Source: the human T2T-CHM13v2.0 reference genome, Homo sapiens. From it: 64,000 nt of DNA. Below the pieces are notes generated by a model. It did no database searches. It was not told the DNA's origin and was given only the letters and a program-made list of their open reading frames with translations. The translations under genes and the position numbers were made by a program. Numbering within the stretch: position 1 is the first letter of the stretch; each line of letters opens with the position of its first letter. The stretch is taken from assembly GCF_009914755.1 (NCBI RefSeq), contig NC_060925.1, one strand, 5' to 3'. Positions 14,101 through 29,435 of the stretch are shown here, one piece after another.

Positions 14101-17100
14101 ATGGAATCATCTTCAAATGGAATGGAATGGAATCATCGCATAGAATCGAATGGAATTATCATCGAATGGAATCGAATGGAATCAACATCAAACGGAAAAA
14201 AACGGAATTATCGAATGGAATCGAAGAGAATCATCGAATGGACCCGAATGGAATCATCTAATGGAATGGAATGGAATAATCCATGGACTCGAATGCAATC
14301 ATCATCGAATGGAATCGAATGGAATCATCGAATGGACTCGAATGGAATAATCATTGAACGGAATCGAATGGAATCATCATCGGATGGAAATGAATGGAAT
14401 CATCATCGAATGGAATCGAATAGAATTATGGAATGAAATCCAGTGTGATCATCATCGAATGGACCCGAATGGAATCATCATCCAACGGAAGCTAATGGAA
14501 TCAACATCGAATGAATCGAATGGAAACACCATCGAATTGAAACGAATGGAATTATCATGAAATTGAAATGGATGGACTCATCATCGAATGGATTCGAATG
14601 GAATCATCGAATAAAATTGATTGAAATCATCATCCAATGGAATCGAATGGTATCATTGAATGGAATCGAATGGAATCATCATCAGATGGAAATGAATGGA
14701 ATCGTCATAGAATGGAATCGAATGGATTCATTGAATGGAATCAGATGGAATCATCGAATGGACTGGAATGGAATCATTGAATGGACTCGAAAGGGATCAT
14801 GATTGAATGGAATTGAATGGAATCATCGAATGGTCTCGATTGGAATCATTATCAAATGGAATCGAATGGAATCACCGAATAGAATCGAATGGAACAATCA
14901 TCGAATGGACTCAAATGGAATTATCCTCAAATGGAATCGAATGGAATTATCGAATGCAATCGAATGGAATTATCGAATGCAATCGAATAGAATCATCGAA
15001 AGGACTCGAATGGAATCATCGAATGGAATGGAATGGAACAGTGAATGAACTCGAATGGAATCATCATTGAATGGAATCGAATGGAATCATCGAGTGGAAT
15101 CGAATGGAATTATGATCAAATGGAATCGAATGTAATCATCATCAAATGGAATCAAAAATAACCATCATCAATTGGTATTGAATGGAATTGTCATCAAATG
15201 CAATTCAAAGGAATCATCATCAAATGGAACCGAATGGAATCCTCATTGAATGGAAATGAAAGGGGTCATCATCTAATGGAATCGCATGGAATCATCATCA
15301 AATGGAATCGAATGGAATCATCATCAAATGGAATCTAATGGAATCATTGAACAGAATTGAATGGAATCGTCATCGAATGAATTGAATGCAATCATCGAAT
15401 GGTCTCGAATGGAATCATCTTCTAATGGAAAGGAATGGAATCATCGCATAGAATCGAATGGAATTATCATCGAATGGAATCGAATGGTATCAACACCAAA
15501 CGGAAAAAAACGGAATTATCGAATGGAATCGAAGAGAATCTTCGAACGGACCCGAATGGAATCATCTAATGGAATGGAATGGAATAATCCATGGACTCGA
15601 ATGCAATCATCATCGAATGGAATGGAATGGAATGGAATCATCGAATGGACTCGAATGGAATAATCATTGAACGGAATCGAATGGAATCATCATCGGATGG
15701 AAACGAATGGAATCATCATCGAATGGAAATGAAAGGAGTCATCATCTAATGGAATTGCATGGAATCATCATAAAATGGAATCGAATGGAATCAACATCAA
15801 ATGGAATCAAATGGAATCATTGAACGGAATTGAATGGAATCGTCATCGAATGAATTGACTGCAATCATCGAATGGTCTCGAATGGAATCATCTTCAAATG
15901 GAATGGAATGGAATCATCGCATAGAATCGAATGGAATTATCATCGAATGGAATCGAATGGAATCAACATCAAACGGAAAATAACGGAATTATCGAATGGA
16001 ATCGAAGAGAATCATCGAATGGACCCGAATGGAATCATCTAATGGAATGGAATGGAATAATCCATGGACTCGAATGCAATCATCATCGAATGGAATCGAA
16101 TGGAATCATCGAATGGACTCGAATGGAATAATCATTGAACGGAATCGAATGGAATCATCATCGGATGGAAATGAATGGAATCATCATCGAATGGAATCGA
16201 ATAGAAATATGGAATGAAATCCAGTGTGATCATCATCGAATGGACCCGAATGGAATCATCATCCAACGGAAGCTAATGGAATCAACATCGAATGAATCGA
16301 ATGGAAACACCATCGAATTGAAACGAATGGAATTATCATGAAATTGAAATGGATGGACTCATCATCGAATGGATTCGAATGGAATCATCGAATAAAATTG
16401 ATTGAAATCATCATCGAATGGAATCGAATGGTATCATTGAATGGAATCGAATGGAATCATCATCAGATGGAAATGAATGGAATCGTCATAGAATGGAATC
16501 GAATGGATTCATTGAATGGAATCAGATGGAATCATCGAATGGACTGGAATGGAATCATTGAATGGACTCGAAAGGGATCATTATTGAATGGAATTGAATG
16601 GAATCATCGAATGGTCTCGATTGGAATCATTATCAAATGGAATCGAATGGAATCACCGAATAGAATCGAATGGAACAATCATCGAATGGACTCAAATGGA
16701 ATTATCCTCCAATGGAATCGAATGGAATTATCGAATGCAATCGAATGGAATTATCGAATGCAATCGAATAGAATCATCGAATGGACTCGAATGGAATCAT
16801 CGAATGGAATGGAATGGAACAGTCAATGAACTCGAATGGAATCATCATTGAATGGAATCGAATGGAATCATCGAGTGGAATCGAATGGAATTATGATCAA
16901 ATGGAATCGAATGTAATCATCATCAAATGGAATCAAAAATAACCATCATCAATTGGTATTGAATGGAATTGTCATCAAATGGAATTCAAAGGAATCATCA
17001 TCAAATGGAACCGAATGGAATCCTCATTGAATGGAAATGAAAGGGGTCATCATCTAATGGAATCGCATGGAATCATCATCAAATGGAATCGAATGGAATC

Positions 17101-20100
17101 ATCATCAAATGGAATCTAATGGAATCATTGAACAGAATTGAATGGAATCGTCATCGAATGAATTGAATGCAATCATCGAATGGTCTCGAATGGAATCATC
17201 TTCTAATGGAAAGGAATGGAATCATCGCATAGAATCGAATGGAATTATCATCGAATGGAATCGAATGGTATCAACACCAAACGGAAAAAAACGGAATTAT
17301 CGAATGGAATCGAAGAGAATCTTCGAACGGACCCGAATGGAATCATCTAATGGAATGGAATGGAATAATCCATGGACTCGAATGCAATCATCATCGAATG
17401 GAATGGAATGGAATCATCGAATGGACTCGAATGGAATAATCATTGAACGGAATCGAATGGAATCATCATCGGATGGAAACGAATGGAATCATCATCGAAT
17501 GGAAATGAAAGGAGTCATCATCTAATGGAATTGCATGGAATCATCATCAAATGGAATCGAATGGAATCAACATCAAATGGAATCAAATGGAATCATTGAA
17601 CGGAATTGAATGGAATCGTCATCGAATGAATTGACTGCAATCATCGAATGGTCTCGAATGGAATCATCTTCAAATGGAATGGAATGGAATCATCGCATAG
17701 AATCGAATGGAATTATCATCGAATGGAATCGAATGGAATCAACATCAAACGGAAAAAAACGGAATTATCGAATGGAATCGAAGAGAATCATCGAATGGAC
17801 CCGAATGGAATCATCTAATGGAATGGAATGGAATTATCCATGGACTCGAATGCAATCATCATCGAATGGAATCGAATGGAATCATCGAATGGACTCGAAT
17901 GGAATAATCATTGAACGGAATCGAATGGAATCATCATCGGATGGAAATGAATGGAATCATCATCGAATGGAATCGAATAGAATTATGGAATGAAATCCAG
18001 TGTGATCATCATCGAATGGACCCGAATGGAATCATCATCCAACGGAAGCTAATGGAATCAACATCGAATGAATCGAATGGAAACACCATCGAATTGAAAC
18101 GAATGGAATTATCATGAAATTGAAATGGATGGACTCATCATCGAATGGATTCGAATGGAATCATCGAATAAAATTGATTGAAATCATCATCCAATGGAAT
18201 CGAATGGTATCATTGAATGGAATCGAATGGAATCATCATCAGATGGAAATGAATGGAATCGTCATAGAATGGAATCGAGTGGATTCATTGAATGGAATCA
18301 GATGGAATCATCGAATGGACTGGAATGGAATCATTGAATGGACTCGAAAGGGATCATTATTGAATGGAATTGAATGGAATCATCGAATGGTCTCGATTGG
18401 AATCATTATCAAATGGAATCGAATGGAATCACCGAATAGAATCGAATGGAACAATCATCGAATGGACTCAAATGGAATTATCCTCAAATGGAATCGAATG
18501 GAATTATCGAATGCAATCGAATGGAATTATCGAATGCAATCGAATAGAATCATCGAAAGGACTCGAATGGAATCATCGAAAGGAATGGAATGGAACAGTC
18601 AATGAACTCGAATGGAATCATCATTGAATGGAATCCAATGGAATCATCGAGTGGAATCGAATGGAATTATGATCAAATGGAATCTAATGTAATCATCATC
18701 AAATGGAATCAAAAATAACCATCATCAATTGGTATTGAATGGAATTGTCATCAAATGGAATTCAAAGGAATCATCATCAAATGGAACCGAATGGAATCCT
18801 CATTGAATGGAAATGAAAGGGGTCATCATCTAATGGAATCGCATGGAATCATCATCAAATGGAATCGAATGGAATCATCATCAAATGGAATCTAATGGAA
18901 TCATTGAACAGAATTGAATGGAATCGTCATCGAATGAATTGAATGCAATCATCGAATGGTCTCGAATGGAATCATCTTCTAATGGAAAGGAATGGAATCA
19001 TCGCATAGAATCGAATGGAATTATCATCGAATGGAATCGAATGGTATCAACACCAAACGGAAAAAAACGGAATTATCGAATGGAATCGAAGAGAATCTTC
19101 GAACGGACCCGAATGGAATCATCTAATGGAATGGAATGGAATAATCCATGGACTCGAATGCAATCATCATCGAATGGAATGGAATGGAATCATCGAATGG
19201 ACTCGAATGGAATAATCATTGAACGGAATCGAATGGAATCATCATCGGATGGAAACGAATGGAATCATCATCGAATGGAAATGAAAGGAGTCATCATCTA
19301 ATGGAATTGCATGGAATCATCATCAAATGGAATCGAATGGAATCAACATCAAATGGAATCAAATGGAATCATTGAACGGAATTGAATGGAATCGTCATCG
19401 AATGAATTGACTGCAATCATCGAATGGTCTCGAATGGAATCATCTTCAAATGGAATGGAATGGAATCATCGCATAGAATCGAATGGAATTATCATCGAAT
19501 GGAATCGAATGGAATCAACATCAAACGGAATAAAACGGAATTATCGAATGGAATCGAAGAGAATCATCGAATGGACCCGAATGGAATCATCTAATGGAAT
19601 GGAATGGAATAATCCATGGACTCGAATGCAATCATCATCGAATGGAATCGAATGGAATCATCGAATGGACTCGAATGGAATAATCATTGAACGGAATCGA
19701 ATGGAATCATCATCGGATGGAAATGAATGGAATCATCATCGAATGGAATCGAATAGAATTATGGAATGAAATCCAGTGTGATCATCATCGAATGGACCCG
19801 AATGGAATCATCATCCAACGGAAGCTAATGGAATCAACATCGAATGAATGGAATGGAAACACCATCGAATTGAAACGAATGGAATTATCATGAAATTGAA
19901 ATGGATGGACTCATCATCGAATGGATTCGAATGGAATCATCGAATAAAATTGATTGAAATCATCATCCAATGGAATCGAATGGTATCATTGAATGGAATC
20001 GAATGGAATCATCATCAGATGGAAATGAATGGAATCGTCATAGAATGGAATCGAATGGATTCATTGAATGGAATCAGATGGAATCATCGAATGGACTGGA

Positions 20101-23100
20101 ATGGAATCATTGAATGGACTCGAAAGGGATCATGATTGAATGGAATTGAATGGAATCATCGAATGGTCTCGATTGGAATCATTATCAAATGGAATCGAAT
20201 GGAATCACCGAATAGAATCGAATGGAACAATCATCGAATGGACTCAAATGGAATTATCCTCCAATGGAATCGAATGGAATTATCGAATGCAATCGAATGG
20301 AATTATCGAATGCAATCGAATAGAATCATCGAATGGACTCGAATGGAATCATCGAATGGAATGGAATGGAACAGTCAATGAACTCGAATGGAATCATCAT
20401 TGAATGGAATCGAATGGAATCATCGAGTGGAATCGAATGGAATTATGATCAAATGGAATCGAATGTAATCCTCATCAAATGGAATCAAAAATAACCATCA
20501 TCAATTGGTATTGAATGGAATTGTCATCAAATGGAATTCAAAGGAATCATCATCAAATGGAACCGAATGGAATCCTCATTGAATGGAAATGAAAGGGGTC
20601 ATCATCTAATGGAATCGCATGGAATCATCATCAAATGGAATCGAATGGAATCATCATCAAATGGAATCTAATGGAATCATTGAACAGAATTGAATGGAAT
20701 CGTCATCGAATGAATTGAATGCAATCATCGAATGGTCTCGAATGGAATCATCTTCTAATGGAAAGGAATGGAATCATCGCATAGAATCGAATGGAATTAT
20801 CATCGAATGGAATCGAATGGTATCAACACCAAACGGAAAAAAACGGAATTATCGAATGGAATCGAAGAGAATCTTCGAACGGACCCGAATGGAATCATCT
20901 AATGGAATGGAATGGAATAATCCATGGACTCGAATGCAATCATCATCGAATGGAATCGAATGGAATCATCGAATGGACTCGAATGGAATAATCATTGAAC
21001 GGAATCGATTGGAATCATCATCGGATGGAAACGAATGGAATCATCATCTAATGGAAATGAAAGGAGTCATCATCTAATGGAATTGCATGGAATCATCATA
21101 AAATGGAATCGAATGGAATCAACATCAAATGGAATCAAATGTAATCATTGAACGGAATTGAATGGAATCGTCATCGAATGAATTGACTGCAATCATCCAA
21201 TGGTCTCGAATGGAATCATCTTCAAATGGAATGGAATGGAATCATCGCATAGAATCGAATGGAATTATCATCGAATGGATTCGAATGGAATCAACATCCA
21301 ACGGAAAAAAACGGAATTATCGAATGGAATCGAAGAGAATCATCGAATGGACCCGAATGGAATCATCTAATGGAATGGAATGGAATAATCCATGGACTCG
21401 AATGCAATCATCATCGAATGGAATCGAATGGAATCATCGAATGGACTCGAATGGAATAATCATTGAACGGAATCGAATGGAATCATCATCGGATGGAAAT
21501 GAATGGAATCATCATCGAATGGAATCGAATAGAATTATGGAATGAAATCCAGTGTGATCATCATCGAATGGACCCGAATGGAATCATCATCCAACGGAAG
21601 CTAATGGAATCAACATCGAATGAATCAAATGGAAACACCATCGAATTGAAACGAATGGAATTATCATGAAATTGAAATGGATGGACTCATCATCGAATGG
21701 ATTCGAATGGAATCATCGAATAAAATTGATTGAAATCATCATCGAATGGAATCGAATGGTATCATTGAATGGAATCGAATGGAATCATCATCAGATGGAA
21801 ATGAATGGAATCGTCATAGAATGGAATCGAATGGATTCATTGAATGGAATCAGATGGAATCATCGAATGGACTGGAATGGAATCATTGAATGGACTCGAA
21901 AGGGATCATGATTGAATGGAATTGAATGGAATCATCGAATGGTCTCGATTGGAATCATTACCAAATGGAATCGAATGGAATCACCGAATAGAATCGAATG
22001 GAACAATCATCGAATGGACTCAAATGGAATTATCCTCCAATGGAATCGAATGGAATTATCGAATGCAATCGAATGGAATTATCGAATGCAATCGAATAGA
22101 ATCATCGAATGGACTCGAATGGAATCATCGAATGGAATGGAATGGAACAGTCAATGAACTCGAATGGAATCATCATTGAATGGAATCGAATGGAATCATC
22201 GAGTGGAATCGAATGGAATTATGATCAAATGGAATCGAATGTAATCATCATCAAATGGAATCAAAAATAACCATCATCAATTGGTATTGAATGGAATTGT
22301 CATCAAATGGAATTCAAAGGAATCATCATCAAATGGAACCGAATGGAATCCTCATTGAATGGAAATGAAAGGGGTCATCATCTAATGGAATCGCATGGAA
22401 TCATCATCAAATGGAATCGAATGGAATCATCATCAAATGGAATCTAATGGAATCATTGAACAGAATTGAATGGAATCGTCATCGAATGAACTGAATGCAA
22501 TCATCGAATGGTCTCGAATGGAATCATCTTCTAATGGAAAGGAATGGAATCATCGCATAGAATCGAAAGGAATTATCATCGAATGGAATCGAATGGTATC
22601 AACACCAAACGGAAAAAAACGGAATTATCGAATAGATTCGAAGAGAATCTTCGAACGGACCCGAATGGAATCATCTAATGGAATGGAATGGAATAATCCA
22701 TGGACTCGAATGCAATCATCATCGAATGGAATCAAATGGAATCATCGAATGGACTCGAATGGAATAATCATTGAACGGAATCGAATGGAATCATCATCGG
22801 ATGGAAATGAATGGAATCATCATCGAATGGAAATGAAAGGAGTCATCATCTAATGGAATTGCATGGAATCATCATAAAATGGAATCGAATGGAATCAACA
22901 TCAAATGGAATCAAATGGAATCATTGAACGGAATTGAATGGAATCGTCATCGAATGTATTGACTGCAATCATCGAATGGTCTCGAATGGAATCATCTTCA
23001 AATGGAATGGAATGGAATCATCGCATAGAATCGAATGGAATTATCATCGAATGGAATCGAATGGAATCAACATCAAACGGAAAAAAACGGAATTATCGAA

Positions 23101-24999
23101 TGGAATCGAAGAGAATCATCGAATGGACCCGAATGGAATCATCTAATGGAATGGAATGGAATAATCCATGGACTCGAATGCAATCATCATCGAATGGAAT
23201 CGAATGGAATCATCGAATGGACTCGAATGGAATAATCATTGAACGGAATCGAATGGAATCATCATCGGAAGGAAATGAATGGAATCGTCATCGAATGGAA
23301 TCGAATAGAATTATGGAATGAAATCCAGTGTGATCATCATCGAATGGACCTGAATGGAATCATCATCCAACGGAAGCTAATGGAATCAACATCGAATGAA
23401 TCAAATGGAAACACCATCGAATTGAAACGAATGGAATTACCATGAAATTGAAATGGATGGACTCATCATCAAATGGATTTGAGTGGAATGATCGAATAAA
23501 ATTGATTGAAATCATCATCGAATGGAATCGAATGGTATCATTGAATGGAATCGAATGGAATCATCATCAGATGGAAATGAAAGGAATCGTCATAGAATAG
23601 AATCGAATGGATTCATTGAATGGAATCAGATGGAATCATTGAATGGACTGGAATGGAATCATTGAATGGACTCGAAAGGGATCATTATTGAATGGAATTG
23701 AATGGAATCATCGAATGGTCTCGATTGGAATCATTATCAAATGGAATCGAATGGAATCACCGAATAGAATCGAATGGAACAATCATCGAATGGACTCAAA
23801 TGGAATTATCCTCAAATGGAATTGAATGGAATTATCGAATGCAATCGAATGGAATTATCGAATGCAATCGAATAGAATCATCGAATGGACTCGAATGGAA
23901 TCATCGAATGGAATGGAATGGAACAGTCAATGAACTCGAATGGAATCATCATTGAATGGAATCGAATGGAATCATCGAGTGGAATCGAATGTAATCATCA
24001 TCAAATGGAATCAAAAATAACCATCATCAAATGGAATCAAAAATAACCATCATCAATTGGTATTGAATGGAATTCTCATCAAATGGAATTCAAAGGAATC
24101 ATCATCAAATGGAACCGAATGGAATCCTCATTGAATGGAAATGAAAGGGGTCATCATCTAATGGAATCGCATGGAATCATCATAAAATGGAAACGAATGG
24201 AATCAACATCAAATGGAATCAAATGGAATCATTGAACGGAATTGAATGGAATCGTCATCGAATGAATTGAATGCAATCATCGAATGGTCTCGAATGGAAT
24301 CATCTTCAAATGGAATGGAATGGAATCATCGCATAGAATCGAATGAAATTATCATCGAATGGAATCGAATGGAATCAACACCAAACGGAAAAAAACGGAA
24401 TTATCGAATGGAATCGAAGAGAATCATCGAATGGACCCGAATGGAATCATCTAATGGAATGGAATGGAATAATCCATGGACTCGAATGCAATCATCATCG
24501 CATGGAATCGAATGGAATCATCGAATGGACTCGAATGGAATAATCATTGAACGGAATCGAATGGAATCATCATCGGATGGAAACGAATGGAATCATCATC
24601 GAATGGAATCGAATAGAATTATGGAATGAAATCCAGTGTGATCATCATCGAATGGACCCGAATGGAATCATCATCCAACGGAAGCTAATGGAATCAACAT
24701 CGAATGAATCAAATGGAAACACCATCGAATTGAAACGAATGGAATTACCATGAAATTGAAATGGATGGACTCATCATCAAATGGATTCGAATGGAATCAT
24801 CGAATAAAATTGATTGAAATCATCATCGAATGGAATCGAATGGTATCATTGAATGGAATCGAATGGAATCATCATCAGATGGAAATGAATGGAATCGTCA
24901 TAGAATGGAATCGAATGGATTCATTGAATGGAATCAGATGGAATCATTGAATGGACTGGAATGGAATCATTGAATGGACTCGAAAGGGATCATTATTGA

Positions 25000-27900
25000 A
25001 TGGAATTGAATGGAATCATCGAATGGTCTCGATTGGAATCATTATCAAATGGAATCGAATGGAATCACCGAATAGAATCGAATGGAACAATCATCGAATG
25101 GACTCAAATGGAATTATCCTCCAATGGAATCGAATGGAATTATCGAATGCAATCGAATGGAATTATCGAATGCAATCGAATAGAATCATCGAATGGACTC
25201 GAATGGAATCATCGAATGGAATGGAATGGAACAGTCAATGAACTCGAATGGAATCATCACTGAATGGAATCGAATGGAATCATCGAGTGGAATCGAATGG
25301 AATTATGATCAAATGGAATCGAATGTAATCATCATCAAATGGAATCAAATATAACCATCATCAATTGGTATTGAATGGAATTGTCATCAAATGGAATTCA
25401 AAGGAATCATCATCAAATGGAACCGAATGGAATCCTCATTGAATGGAAATGAAAGGGGTCATCATCTAATGGAATCGCATGGAATCATCATCAAATGGAA
25501 TCGAATGGAATCATCATCAAATGGAATCTAATGGAATCATTGAAAAGAATTGAATGGAATCGTCATCGAATGAATTGAATGCAATCATCGAATGGTCTCG
25601 AATGGAATCATCTTCTAATGGAAAGGAATGGAATCATCGCATAGAATCGAATGGAATTATCATCGAATGGAATCAAATGGTATCAACACCAAAGGGAAAA
25701 AAACGGAATTATCGAATGGAATCGAAGAGAATCTTCGAACGGACCCGAATGGAATCATCTAATGGAATGGAATGGAATAATCCATGGACTCGAATGCAAT
25801 CATCATCGAATGGAATCGAATGGAATCATCGAATGGACTCGAATGGAATAATCATTGAACGGAATCGAATGGAATCATCATCGGATGGAAACGAATGGAA
25901 TCATCATCGAATGGAAATGAAAGGAGTCATCATCTAATGGAATTGCATGGAATCATCATAAAATGGAATCGAATGGAATCAACATCAAATGGAATCAAAT
26001 GGAATCATTGAACGGAATTGAATGGAATCGTCATCGAATGAATTGAATGCAATCATCGAATGGTCTCGAATGGAATCATCTTCAAATGGAATGGAATGGA
26101 ATCATCGCATAGAATCGAATGGAATTATCATCGAATGGAATCGAATGGAATCAACATCAATCGGAAAAAAACGGAATTATCGAATGCAATCGAAGAGAAT
26201 CATCGAATGGACCCGAAAGGAATCATCTAATGGAATGGCATGGAATAATCCATGGACTCGAATGCAATCATCATCGAATGGAATCGTATGGAATCATCGA
26301 ATGGACTCGAATGGAATAATCATTGAACGGAGTCGAATGGAATCATCATCGGATGGAAATGAAAGGAGTCATCATCTAATGGAATTGCATGGAATCATCA
26401 TAAAATGGAATCGAATGGAATCAACATCAAATGGAATCAAATGGAATCATTGAACGGAATTGAATGGAATCGTCATCGAATGAATTGAATGCAATCATCG
26501 AATGGTCTCGAATGCAATCATCTTCAAATGGAATGGAATGGAATCATCGCATAGAATCGAATGGAATTATCATCGAATGGAATCGAATGGAATCAACATC
26601 AAACGGAAAAAAACGGAATTATCGAATGGAATCGAAGAGAATCATCGAATGGACCCGAATGGAATCATCTAATGGAATGGAATGGAATAATCCATGGACT
26701 CGAATGCAATCATCATCGAATGGAATCGAATGGAATCATCGAATGGACTCGAATGGAATAATCATTGAACGGAATAGAATGGAATCATCATCGGATGGAA
26801 ATGAATGGAATCGTCATAGAATGGAATCGAATAGAATTATGGAATGAAATCCAGTGTGATCATCATCGAATGGACCCGAATGGAATCATCATCCAATGGA
26901 AGCTAATGGAATCAACATCGAATGAATCAAATGGAAACACCATCGAATTGAAACGAATGGAATTACCATGAAATTGAAATGGATGGACTCATCATCAAAT
27001 GGATTCGAATGGAATCATCGAATAAAATTGATTGAAATCATCATCGAATGGAATCGAATGGTATCATTGAATGGAATCGAATGGAATCATCATCAGATGG
27101 AAATGAATGGAATCGTCATAGAATGGAATCGAATGGATTCATTGAATGGAATCAGATGGAATCATCGAATGGACTGGAATGGAATCATTGAATGGACTCG
27201 AAAGGGATCATGATTGAATGGAATTGAATGGAATCATCGAATGGTCTCGATTGGAATCATTATCAAATGGAATCGAATGGAATCACCGAATAGAATCGAA
27301 TGGAACAATCATCGAATGGACTCAAATGGAATTATCCTCAAATGGAATGGAATGGAATTATCGAATGCAATCGAATGGAATTATCGAATGCAATCGAATA
27401 GAATCATCGAATGGACTCGAATGGAATCATCGAATGGAATGGAATAGAACAGTCAATGAACTCGAATGGAATCATCATTGAATGGAATCGAATGGAATCA
27501 TCGAGTGGAATCGAATGGAATTATGATCAAATGGAATCGAATGTAATCATCATCAAATGGAATCAAAAATAACCATCATCAATTGGTATTGAATGGAATT
27601 GTCATCAAATGGAATTCAAAGGAATCATCATCAAATGGAACCGAATGGAATCCTCATTGAATGGAAATGAAAGGGGTCATCATCTAATGGAATCGCATGG
27701 AATCATCATAAAATGGAATCGAATGGAATCATCATCAAATTGAATCTAATGGAATCATTGAAAAGAATTGAATGGAATCATCATCGAATGAATTGAATGC
27801 AATCATCGATTGGTCTCGAATGGAATCATCTTCTAATGGAAAGGAATGGAATCATCGCATAGAATCGAATGGAATTATCATCGAATGGAATCGAATGGTA

Positions 27901-29435
27901 TCAACACCAAACGGAAAAAAACGGAATTATCGAATGGAATCGAAGAGAATCTTCGAACGGACCCGAATGGAATCATCTAATGGAGTGGAATGGAATAATC
28001 CATGGACTCGAATGCAATCATCATCGAATGGAATCGAATGGAATCATCGAATGGACTCGAATGGAATAATCATTGAACGGAATCGAATGGAATCCTCATC
28101 GGATGGAAACGAATGGAATCATCATTGAATGGAAATGAAAGGAGTCATCATCTAATGGAATTGCATGGAATCATCATAAAAAGGAATCGAATGGAATCAA
28201 CATCAAATGGAATCAAATGGAATCATTGAACGGAATTGAATGGAATCGTCATCGAATGAATTGAATGCAATCATCGAATGGTCTCCAATGGAATCATCTT
28301 CAAATGGAATGGAATGGAATCATCGCATAGAATCGAATGGAATTATCATCGAATGGAATCGAATGGAATCAACATCAAACGGAAAAAAACGGAATTATCG
28401 AATGGAATCGAAGAGAATCATCGAATGGACCCGAAAGGAATCATCTAATGGAATGGCATGGAATAATCCATGGACTCGAATGCAATCATCATCGAATGGA
28501 ATCGAATGGAATCATCGAATGGACTCGAATGGAATAATCATTGAACGGAATCGAATGGAATCATCATCGGATGGAAATGAAAGGAGTCATCATCTAATGG
28601 AATTGCATGGAATCATCATAAAATGGAATCGAAAGGAATCAACATCAAATGGAATCAAATGGAATCATTGAACGGAATTGAATGGAATCGTCATCGAATG
28701 AATTGAATGCAATCATCGAATGGTCTCGAATGGAATCATCTTCAAATGGAATGGAATGGAATCATCGCATAGAATCGAATGGAATTATCATCGAATGGAA
28801 TCGAATGGAATCAACATCAAACGGAAAAAAACGGAATTATCGAATGGAATCGAAGAGAATCATCGAATGGACCCGAATGGAATCATCTAATGGAATGGAA
28901 TGGAATAATCCATGGACTCGAATGCAATCATCATCGAATGGAATCGAATGGAATCATCGAATGGACTCGAATGGAATAATCATTGAACGGAATAGAATGG
29001 AATCATCATCGGATGGAAATGAATGGAATCGTCATCGAATGGACTCGAATAGAATTATGGAATGAAATCCAGTGTGATCATCATCGAATGGACCCGAATG
29101 GAATCATCATCCAACGGAAGCTAATGGAATCAACATCGAATGAATCAAATGGAAACACCATCGAATTGAAACGAATGGAATTACCATGAAATTGAAATGG
29201 ATGGACTCATCATCGAATGGATTCGAATGGAATCATCGAATAAAATTGATTGAAATCATCATCGAATGGAATCGAATGGTATCATTGAATGGAATCGAAT
29301 GGAATCATCATCAGATGGAAATGAATGGAATCGTCATAGAATGGAATCGAATGGATTCATTGAATGGAATCAGATGGAATCATCGAATGGACTGGAATGG
29401 AATCATTGAATGGACTCGAAAGGGATCATTATTGA
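25000..29435 (+). repeat. Two tandem long units of 2218 bp (1776 + extra 442-bp subrepeat)
   Basis: Anchors 25000, 27218, 29436; subrepeat starts 25554/26022/26464 and 27772/28240/28682 (spacings 468 and 442). Further 2218-bp units at 36070-38287 and 43146-45363. Confidence 0.92.

Larger units (their letters stand above)
5282..15040 (+). repeat. Tandem duplication of a 4860-bp three-unit block (1308+1776+1776)
   Basis: Private variants recur at +4860: gaatcaaatg/gaatagattc (5731-5810 vs 10591-10670), cgattgg (7261/12121), gaattgaag (7582/12442), caatacc (8855/13715), gaatgtattg (9207/14067), gaaaggactc (10138/14998). Confidence 0.92.
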
